A DNA stretch of 64,000 nucleotides. Source: Longimicrobiales bacterium. GTDB taxonomy: Bacteria > Gemmatimonadota > Gemmatimonadetes > Longimicrobiales > Gaopeijiaceae. The translations under genes and the position numbers were made by a program. Position 1 is the stretch's first letter, and each line of letters starts with the position of its first letter. The stretch spans positions 1,216,001-1,280,000 of the forward strand of contig CAXXKM010000001.1 of the NCBI GenBank assembly GCA_963664435.2, in the 5' to 3' direction. The notes under the pieces were generated by a model. It searched no databases. It had not been told where the DNA came from and worked only from the letters and a program-made list of their open reading frames with translations. Positions 10,408 to 17,958 of the stretch are shown here, in pieces.

Positions 10408-10500
10408 CTCCGAGCATCCTCTGCCGATCGTGAGGGAGCTACATGGGTCGGCCCGCCCGACCCCGCATCGGGGTGTAGCATGGACACGAGCAGACCTCGA
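10369..10500 (-). ncRNA. Candidate structured leader RNA (attenuator/riboswitch-like) or small RNA; family not recognised
   Basis: Four nested helices between 10410 and 10500 closing an apical hairpin region, followed directly by a terminator. Confidence 0.4.
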
Positions 10501-10573
10501 CGACGGACTGCTGCCCGCCGTGGCGTCGCGTATCTTCGTTGTGGCTCCGGATTGCGTACATTGCGAACCGGGG

Positions 10574-10627
10574 TTTGTGAGCGGGATTGCTCGGCCAACG
10601 TTTTGTGAGCGGGACTGCTCGGCCAAC
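10574..10627. repeat. Direct repeat, 2 x 26 bp with 28-bp period
   Basis: TTTGTGAGCGGGATTGCTCGGCCAAC (10574-10599) and TTTGTGAGCGGGACTGCTCGGCCAAC (10602-10627), one mismatch. Confidence 0.9.
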
Positions 10628-10812
10628 CTCGCAAGACCCAAAATGAACCTGAACCGGGGATCGCGCAACGGCGGCCCCGGGAGTGCCGGTCGCCCGAACA
10701 CGGGAATACCTTCTTGAAGCGACAGATTCCGACCGGCACCAGGGGCTCGGCAGCGAATGCCCGCTTCAGAGCTGCGGTGGCACTTGCAGCCCATGGACCG
10801 GCTTCCCCCGGC

Positions 10813-13152
10813 ATGGGAGCGCGCGGATTCGTCCGGGGACTGCTGGCGGTATTCGGCCTCCTGCCCGGCGTACTCGCGGCACAGACCGGCGGCGTGGAAG
10901 GAAGGATCCTCGATCCGGACGGGCCGCCCGTCTTCGCCGCCAACCTCATGGTCGCCCTCCAGGCGACGCCGGACCAGGTCGAGCGCATCGCTGAATCGGA
11001 TCGCTTCGGCTACTTCCGGATCGAGAGTCTGCTTCCGGGGCAGTATCTTCTGCGTGTCGAGCGAATCGGATACGGAGAGGTCGTCCAGCCGGTCGAAATC
11101 GTCGCCGGCCGGCGCATCGAGATCGACGTCACGCTGACCGCCTCCCCGGTCGAGCTGGAGGGCATCTCCGTCAGCACGGCGGAAACCCGCGAGCGCAGCC
11201 GCTTCCTGGAAACCGCGGGCGTCACGGTGCGCGAGATCTCGCAGGCGGAGCTGCGTCTCGTGCCCGGACTCGCCGAAGCGGATCCGATCAGGGCCGTCGA
11301 GGTTCTGCCCGGGGTGGTGTCCACCTCCGACTTCACGGCGTCCTTCAACGTGCGCGGCGGCTCCGCGGATCAGAACCTGATCCTGCTGGACGGCGTGCCC
11401 ATCTTCAACCCGTTCCACCTGGGCGGCATCTTCTCGGTCTTCAACGCCGACATGGTGGGGCGGGTCGAGCTGAGCTCGGGCGGCTTCCCCGCCGAGCATG
11501 GCGGACGGGTGTCGTCGCTGCTGCTCGTCGAGAGCGACCCCGGGCCCGATGACTTCAGCGTCCGGGGCGGCGTGTCGCTGCTCGCGGCGCGGGCCGCTCT
11601 CGGAGGCAGGGCACCCGCGGTGATGGAGCAGACGCTCGGGCTCCAGCGTCTCAAATGGCGAGCTTCCGGCCGGCGCTCCTGGTTCGACCAGCTGCCGAGG
11701 TCGGTCCCCTATCACCTCACGGACTTCCAGGGCGTGGTGGAAGGGTGGACGCCCGGCGGAAGCCGCATCCTGATCACGGCCTACACGGGCGACGACGTCT
11801 TCAACCTCACCGAAGTGGACGAGGACGACGAGGATGGTTTTCCCCTGCGCGCGGCCTGGGAATGGGGCAACGACCTCATCGGGGTGCGCTGGACCATGCC
11901 TCGCCGCGACGGCGGAGCCCTCGACGTGCGCGCGGGCTACACCCGCTTCAACTCCGCCCTGGCCTTCCCCGATTTCTCGGATACCGAGTTCAGCAGCGGC
12001 ATCTCGCAGCTGTCGATGGGAGCTGAACTCGAACACGCCGTGGGTCGCCAGTGGACGTTCAAGAGCGGGATTTCGGCGGACCGCATGACGCACCTCAACC
12101 TGGTCCGGGCTGGGGGCACCCAATTCACCGACAACTCGGGCAAGGGATGGCTGGGAGGCGTCTTCGCGCATGCCGAGTGGAGGGGCGGGCTGGCCTGGCT
12201 GGTCGAAGCCGGAGTGCGCGCGGACCGCTGGGGACCCACCGTGAGCGATCCCATCAACCAGCTGGCCCCGAGGTTCGCGGTGAAGCGGTTCCTCCGCGGC
12301 GGCGACATCGCAGTGAAGGCCGCGGCAGGGCGCTTCACCCAGTTTCTGCATTCGGCACGTGACGACGAAGTGCCCATCGGCATCGATGTGTGGGTGCTCT
12401 CCGGCCACCTGGCGCCCCACATCGCTTCCGACCAGGCCCAGGTGGGGGTCGACGCATACTTCCCGGGAGGGTGGTTTGCGTCGCTGGAAGTCTACGAGCG
12501 GTTCTTCGACGGCGTGACCACCTTCAACCCGGTCGACGACCCGAACCGGGGCGACGACGACCTCTTGCCCGGCAGCGGCCGGTCGCGCGGGCTCGACTTG
12601 TTCCTGCGCAAGACCGGAGAGGGCCTGACCGGCTGGGTGTCCGCTTCGTGGCTGCGCGCCACCCGCACCTTCCCGAACTACCTGAGCGGCCGGCAGCCCC
12701 CACCCGACCACACCTACCCCCCGATCTTCGACCGCCGGCTGGACCTGGACGTCGTCCTGCGGATTCCCATGCCCGCAGGCTTGCGTGGCGGAGTGCGCTG
12801 GAACCTGGGGACAGGGTTGCCCTACACCCGCCCCCTGGCCTCGTTCACGTACTTCTCTCCGCAGAACGTGTCCGGCGGGCGGCTTACGATGCAGGACGAC
12901 GAAGCCAATGCCATGTTGCTCGGCCCCCGCAACGAGACCCGCTACCCGGCGTATCACCGCCTCGACCTGAGCATGCGCCGAACCTTCACCTTCGGCTGGG
13001 GCACGCTCACGCCCCACCTCGACGTGCTCAACGTCTACAACCGCAAAAACGTCCTCTTCTACTTCTTCGACTATTCCGCGGACACGGCGACCCGCTCCGG
13101 CCTGTCAATGTTCCCGATTCTGCCCACGGTAGGGGTGGAGGTGACGTTCTGA
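10813..13152 (+). CDS. TonB-dependent receptor
   Basis: Signal peptide, carboxypeptidase-regulatory-like N-domain, plug NVRGGSADQNLILLDG, RYPAYHRLDL, terminal F. Start approximate. Confidence 0.88.
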   Translation: MGARGFVRGLLAVFGLLPGVLAAQTGGVEGRILDPDGPPVFAANLMVALQATPDQVERIAESDRFGYFRIESLLPGQYLLRVERIGYGEVVQPVEIVAGRRIEIDVTLTASPVELEGISVSTAETRERSRFLETAGVTVREISQAELRLVPGLAEADPIRAVEVLPGVVSTSDFTASFNVRGGSADQNLILLDGVPIFNPFHLGGIFSVFNADMVGRVELSSGGFPAEHGGRVSSLLLVESDPGPDDFSVRGGVSLLAARAALGGRAPAVMEQTLGLQRLKWRASGRRSWFDQLPRSVPYHLTDFQGVVEGWTPGGSRILITAYTGDDVFNLTEVDEDDEDGFPLRAAWEWGNDLIGVRWTMPRRDGGALDVRAGYTRFNSALAFPDFSDTEFSSGISQLSMGAELEHAVGRQWTFKSGISADRMTHLNLVRAGGTQFTDNSGKGWLGGVFAHAEWRGGLAWLVEAGVRADRWGPTVSDPINQLAPRFAVKRFLRGGDIAVKAAAGRFTQFLHSARDDEVPIGIDVWVLSGHLAPHIASDQAQVGVDAYFPGGWFASLEVYERFFDGVTTFNPVDDPNRGDDDLLPGSGRSRGLDLFLRKTGEGLTGWVSASWLRATRTFPNYLSGRQPPPDHTYPPIFDRRLDLDVVLRIPMPAGLRGGVRWNLGTGLPYTRPLASFTYFSPQNVSGGRLTMQDDEANAMLLGPRNETRYPAYHRLDLSMRRTFTFGWGTLTPHLDVLNVYNRKNVLFYFFDYSADTATRSGLSMFPILPTVGVEVTF

Positions 13153-14105
13153 TGAATCCCCGCGGCTTCGGCATCCCCTGCGCGCTGGCAGCCCTTCTGG
13201 TGTCGGTCGCGGCGTGCGAAATCCAGGAGATCACCGTGGCGCAGTCCGAGGACGTGGTCGTCGCCGAGATCTACCTCTCCTCCGATATCGACGGTGTCTC
13301 CGGCAGTGCGTGGATTCACCGGACGCTGGGGAGTGCCGGCTCGACGCGGGAGCTGTCCTCCGCGGATGTGTTCCTGCGCGCGGAATCGCGCGTCTCCACC
13401 GTTCGCCTCCGTCCTTCCGACCTTTCCTCCTGTGCCGGCGACGAGCTTCCGGCGGACTTCCCGGGATCGTGTTACTTCGTGGGACCGCTCGATCCCCGCC
13501 ACTTCGGGCCGGGTTCGCTCGTGGAAGCGATCATTCGTCTGCCCGACGGAGGCCGCATCACGGGACAGACGCGCGTTCCGGGACCCTACGAACTTCGGAG
13601 CCCGCGCATCAATCGCCGCCGGATGTGCTCGCTGAAACCGGCCCGGCGCCTCACTGTGGAATGGACCCGCGCCGAAGGGGCGTGGGCCTACATTTCCGAG
13701 ACGCAGATCATCAACCTCACGGCAGCGCTCGAGGACACCAACATCGAGGTGGAGGAAGATCCGCTGCTCCTGGTGGGGCTGTCCGTATCGGAAGCGGATA
13801 CCACGATCGTATTCCCCTCCGAATTCGGCCTGTTCGACCGCCCCAACCTGGGGCGCGATCTGGCATTGGTCTTACAGGAGGGACTACCTTTCGGGACGCA
13901 GGCGGAAGTAGTGATCGCGGCCGCCGACCGCAACTACGTCAACTGGGTACGGCGCGGGGCCTTCAACCCGTCGGGCATCGTTCGCGTTCCCAGCCTGCAC
14001 GGGGACGGTACGGGTGTATTCGGGTCGGTCGTGCGCCAGCGCTTTACGGTCGATGCAGGTCTGGACCTCCCGACGCCGGGACCCTGCGAGCCTGCGGAGC
14101 CGTAG
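13152..14105 (+). CDS. Lipoprotein partner of the TonB receptor (DUF4249-like)
   Basis: TGATG overlap with the receptor stop, lipobox VAAC, C-terminal GDGTGVFGS. Confidence 0.7.
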   Translation: MNPRGFGIPCALAALLVSVAACEIQEITVAQSEDVVVAEIYLSSDIDGVSGSAWIHRTLGSAGSTRELSSADVFLRAESRVSTVRLRPSDLSSCAGDELPADFPGSCYFVGPLDPRHFGPGSLVEAIIRLPDGGRITGQTRVPGPYELRSPRINRRRMCSLKPARRLTVEWTRAEGAWAYISETQIINLTAALEDTNIEVEEDPLLLVGLSVSEADTTIVFPSEFGLFDRPNLGRDLALVLQEGLPFGTQAEVVIAAADRNYVNWVRRGAFNPSGIVRVPSLHGDGTGVFGSVVRQRFTVDAGLDLPTPGPCEPAEP

Positions 14106-14180
14106 AATGGTGGCGAGGCCGGGACATCCTTTCGCATCCCCCTCCCCTGTCCGCAACGCGAGGTACGAGAAGAGAAGACC

Positions 14181-15287
14181 ATGGCGAACATCATCATCCC
14201 TCCCCGATGGCGTATTTCGGACGCGCATGCGACCCCCCGGGAGGTGTATCTGCGGCGTCGCGAATTCGTGCGCACCCTGGGTCTCGGCGTGGCCGCGCTG
14301 GGATCGGCCGCGTGCGGCTCCAAGTTCATCGCGAACGAGGAAGATCCCGTCGAGCCGGATCCGCCGCCGGATCCCACGGATCCCACGGATCCCACCCAGC
14401 CCGTAACCCCGCCGGATGCCGACCCGCCCACGTGCGACGACAATCCGCCGCGAAACCCGTTGCACACCATCTGCGCCTCTCCCAACGCCGACCTTTATCC
14501 GGCGGAGCGGAACACCACCTATACCCTGGGCTCGCGCGCGATCACCGACCGCAACATCACGTCGACCTACAACAACTACTACGAGTTCATGCAGAGGGCC
14601 GGGAGCATGTGGAGGCTGACGGGCCCGTTGCAGGTACGTCCGTGGACGGTGACCTTGTCCGGGCTGTGCAACGCGCCCGCCACCTGGGACATCGACGAAC
14701 TCGAGCGCCTGTTCGGCATCGAAGAGCGCCTCTACCGCCTGCGCTGCGTCGAGACCTGGTCGATCGCCGTGCCCTGGAGCGGTTACCCGCTGAGCAAGCT
14801 GATCGAACTCGCCGAGCCCCTGTCGTCGGCCAGGTATGTCGCCTTCCGCAGCTTCCACCGGCCCGACGAGGCGATCGGGCAGGAAAGCGGTTCGCATTGG
14901 CCGTGGCCCTACTACGAAGCGCTGCGGCTCGACGAGGCCATGAACGACCTCGCCTTCGTGGTGACGGGCGCCTACGGCGAGCCGCTGCCCAAGCAGAACG
15001 GGGCGCCGCTGCGACTCGCGCTTCCCTGGAAGTACGGCTACAAGAGCGCGAAAGCCTTCCTGGAGGTGGAGTTCACGGAGACGCAGCCCGCGACGTTCTG
15101 GTCGGACTACGCGCCCAACCAATACGGCTTCTACTCCAACGTCAATCCGGACGTCGGCACCCCCTGGGCACAGAACAATGAAAGACATCTGCCCAGCAAC
15201 ACCGACCAGCCGACGCAGCTCTTCAACGGCTACGGGGAGTTCGTGGCGGACCTGTACGATCCGGAGCTGCTGACCCGCGTGAGCTAG
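14181..15287 (+). CDS. msrP: Methionine sulfoxide reductase catalytic subunit (molybdopterin)
   Basis: Tat motif RRREFVR, YNNYYEF, RLRCVETWS, LPKQNGAPLRL, PWKYG, YGFYSNVNP. Confidence 0.88.
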   Translation: MANIIIPPRWRISDAHATPREVYLRRREFVRTLGLGVAALGSAACGSKFIANEEDPVEPDPPPDPTDPTDPTQPVTPPDADPPTCDDNPPRNPLHTICASPNADLYPAERNTTYTLGSRAITDRNITSTYNNYYEFMQRAGSMWRLTGPLQVRPWTVTLSGLCNAPATWDIDELERLFGIEERLYRLRCVETWSIAVPWSGYPLSKLIELAEPLSSARYVAFRSFHRPDEAIGQESGSHWPWPYYEALRLDEAMNDLAFVVTGAYGEPLPKQNGAPLRLALPWKYGYKSAKAFLEVEFTETQPATFWSDYAPNQYGFYSNVNPDVGTPWAQNNERHLPSNTDQPTQLFNGYGEFVADLYDPELLTRVS

Positions 15288-15369
15288 CCGGGACGCGCCA
15301 GCCCCGCAGCGGCAGGAGACAGCTCGTCAGGAAGGGTGCGAACGGCCTCTCCGCGAAGAAACGGGTGCC

Positions 15370-16227
15370 CTACAGGGAGAGGCGGGTGAAGTAGCCCACC
15401 ACAATCTCGGGGCCAGTGGCGAGGTTCTGGCCCGACAGGGGCAGCCGGGATCCCAGTTCCACCTGCCCGGGACCCGCGGTCACCAGCAGCGAGGGATAGA
15501 GCCGCACCATCTCGCGCTCCTGTCCCTCCCCCGTGAGTCCTCCGAAGCTGGGAACGCCGCCGTACCACCCCTCGAACTGGACCTTGAAGCCGAGCGGTTC
15601 GCCGCCTCCGCCCAGGCTCACGTTGAAGAAGCGCTCGTCGCCGAAGTCGCCGCCGGTTTCCTGGGCCTCGCGCCATCGGTAGCCGGCCCAGGCCTGCAGG
15701 TAGAAGGGACGCGGCCAGAAGGAGTGTCCCACCTCCGCCAGCACTTCCCAGTCGCGCTGCCCATCGCCCAGCGGAATAAGGTCGGTGCCCGACTCGAAGT
15801 CGGTGGGAAGCTTGGTGCCCGCGCGGATGGCGAAGGGGAAGTCGCTGCCCACAAGCCGCAGCGGAGCCGTGCGCACGTACACGCGGGTATCGCCGAATCC
15901 CCACGAAATGCGGGTGCCTTCAAGGTCGGCGAACTCGAGGCGGTGATAGGACGGCTGAACCCAGATGTCCACGCCGGGCGCGATGCCCATCGCAACCGTC
16001 AGGAAGGAGGACGCGGTCTGCGCGTGACCGTCCAGAACGAAGTTGCGGACTTCGCCCGTGGGGCTGAACTGCTCCCGCGTATCCAGATAGTACATGGCGA
16101 ACGAGGCCCACCCCTGGCGCTCGGGTTCGATCCACTGTCCATATCCCGGCGAGGCAATGAGCGAGAGCGAGAAGGCGGCCAGCGCAAGTCCGCGGCAGAT
16201 CGCCGGGGCGCGTTTCTGTTGAGTCAT
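15370..16227 (-). CDS. Secreted putative outer-membrane beta-barrel protein, paralog B
   Basis: Signal peptide, alternating aromatic strands; shares IPLGDGQRDWE, GHSF, RWRE, DFGDE with the next gene. Confidence 0.7.
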   Translation of the reverse strand: MTQQKRAPAICRGLALAAFSLSLIASPGYGQWIEPERQGWASFAMYYLDTREQFSPTGEVRNFVLDGHAQTASSFLTVAMGIAPGVDIWVQPSYHRLEFADLEGTRISWGFGDTRVYVRTAPLRLVGSDFPFAIRAGTKLPTDFESGTDLIPLGDGQRDWEVLAEVGHSFWPRPFYLQAWAGYRWREAQETGGDFGDERFFNVSLGGGGEPLGFKVQFEGWYGGVPSFGGLTGEGQEREMVRLYPSLLVTAGPGQVELGSRLPLSGQNLATGPEIVVGYFTRLSL

Positions 16228-16352
16228 GGCGTATCGTCGGAAGCTGTTTCAGGAGCGGAACGCTCGACCAGGTCGCGCTCGACCGAGTGAGGAGGCCGCT
16301 TGTCGGCTTTGGGCGATGGACGGGCACAATCCGTGCCGCCATCCATGCCGGA

Positions 16353-17252
16353 TCACGTCTGCGGTCGTAACCTTACAAAATAGCCGATCACCAGCGTGTT
16401 GCCAGCCGGCAGGTTGGTGCCCCGCACCGGAATCTGTACGCCGGCCTTCGCCGAGCCCGCTCCCAGCCTGTAGTTCAGGGATGGCGTCAGGCGGAGCATC
16501 GAGCGGGACGCGGTGGCGATCGAGAGCCCCTCGATGACCGGGACTCCGCCGTCCCAGCCCTCCGCGATGAGGCTCGCCCCCAGGCGCCCGAACTCGATTC
16601 CCCCCGAGAGCAGGAAGAACACTTCGTCGCCGAAATCCCTCCGCGACTCCACGTTCGCCTCCCGCCAGCGGTGGCCGAGCCAGGCGCTCACATACGCAGG
16701 CAAAGGGTAGAAGGAGTGGCCCAGCTCGAGGACGAGCTCCCAGTCCCTTTGTCCGTCTCCGAGCGGAATGATCTCGGCGTCCACGGCGAAATCGCCGACC
16801 GGGACCTTCGCTCCTCCGCGGACCGCCAGCGGAAACCCGCTCCCGAAGTAGCGGCCGGGCTGAACGCGCAGGTAGAAGCGCGCGTCGCCGATGCCCGTGC
16901 GCAGCCGGTCGCCGGCCAGGTCGTCGAAGCGGAGGCGCTGGTAGGGCACCTGCACCCAGGCGTCGACGCCGGGAAACAGTCCCATCGCGACGGTAGCGAA
17001 GACAGACGTGCTGACGGCGTGCGCTTGCGTGAATGGGTCGAAGGCCGCGATGTCGCCGTCGGAGTGAAAGGCCTCTCGCGTGTCCAGATGGAAGACCGAC
17101 AGGTCCAGCCAGCCTCGGCCGGGCGGCTCGACCCACTGGGCGCCGGCCTCCGGGGCGCGGCCGGGCAGGGTCATGATCACGAAGGCCGCGATGAGCAGAT
17201 CCCGACGGGCGCGGGAGCGAGGGCTGCGGGATGTGGATGGCCGGCTGCGCAT
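16353..17252 (-). CDS. Secreted putative outer-membrane beta-barrel protein, paralog A
   Basis: TAATG coupling to the upstream gene; AQWVEPPGRGW matches GQWIEPERQGW of paralog B. Confidence 0.7.
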   Translation of the reverse strand: MRSRPSTSRSPRSRARRDLLIAAFVIMTLPGRAPEAGAQWVEPPGRGWLDLSVFHLDTREAFHSDGDIAAFDPFTQAHAVSTSVFATVAMGLFPGVDAWVQVPYQRLRFDDLAGDRLRTGIGDARFYLRVQPGRYFGSGFPLAVRGGAKVPVGDFAVDAEIIPLGDGQRDWELVLELGHSFYPLPAYVSAWLGHRWREANVESRRDFGDEVFFLLSGGIEFGRLGASLIAEGWDGGVPVIEGLSIATASRSMLRLTPSLNYRLGAGSAKAGVQIPVRGTNLPAGNTLVIGYFVRLRPQT

Positions 17253-17773
17253 TACGGTCCGCTGATCTGCACCGTCACCGTGGCGGACCGCGAATCTCCC
17301 GCCACCGTGGAAACCGTTGCGCGCGCGACGTAGGTGCCCGGTTCGTCGTAGGCGTAGTCGAAGTGGCCGGCCTGCGAGTTGATGTTCACGGGCGCGCCGC
17401 CGCCGTAAATGAACGGGATTGTCTCCACGTCGCCCGTGCCGTATTCCACCATGGTCTGGGACAGGTTGGTGCCCCGCGACTCGTAGCGAAACCGGATCTC
17501 CTGGCCCACGGACGCACTCTCCCGGCTGGCGGTCAGGTCTACCGTCAGGGGCTGGGGCTCCAGAGGCGGGTTCAGGCACGAGACCAAGAGGAGCGCGCAA
17601 GCCCCCGGGACGAGCCCCAAGTGCCGGGGAAACCGCCGGCCCGCGGATCCCCGGAATACCCGCAGGAACCTCGATCCGGGATGGGTCCGGCCGGTGGGTC
17701 TTCCGGCCCCGCGTAGCGTGCTTCCCGCCGGAGCGGCGTCCGTCGTGGAACTGCGTATGGATTGGCTGAACAT
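17252..17773 (-). CDS. Small lipoprotein with PKD/Ig-like domain (start uncertain)
   Basis: LLLVSC lipobox-like motif, VEYGTG and YAYDEPGTYVARATV PKD-like motifs. Confidence 0.6.
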   Translation of the reverse strand: MFSQSIRSSTTDAAPAGSTLRGAGRPTGRTHPGSRFLRVFRGSAGRRFPRHLGLVPGACALLLVSCLNPPLEPQPLTVDLTASRESASVGQEIRFRYESRGTNLSQTMVEYGTGDVETIPFIYGGGAPVNINSQAGHFDYAYDEPGTYVARATVSTVAGDSRSATVTVQISGP

Positions 17774-17958
17774 CGTGGACCCGCCTCGCTGTTTTCCGCC
17801 CCCGTCTCTGGTGGCGAAGAGATCTGTGGAAACCTATGTTAGCTGTAGGATATTGTCTGCATCTCGGACCTGCGAGATCAGGCCGGTCCGACCGGGTGGC
17901 TTGCGTCGTCCGGGCGGGCCGGGCCGGTTGCGCATGTCCGCGAACCGGAGGTCACGGA

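Noticed and set aside
10574..10627. Mini-CRISPR interpretation of the direct repeat
   Set aside because: Only two copies with a 2-nt gap, and no cas genes.
12390..13151. Upstream extension of the 12390-14105 ORF
   Set aside because: It overlaps the TonB receptor out of frame; the real start is the coupled ATG at 13152 with a lipobox.
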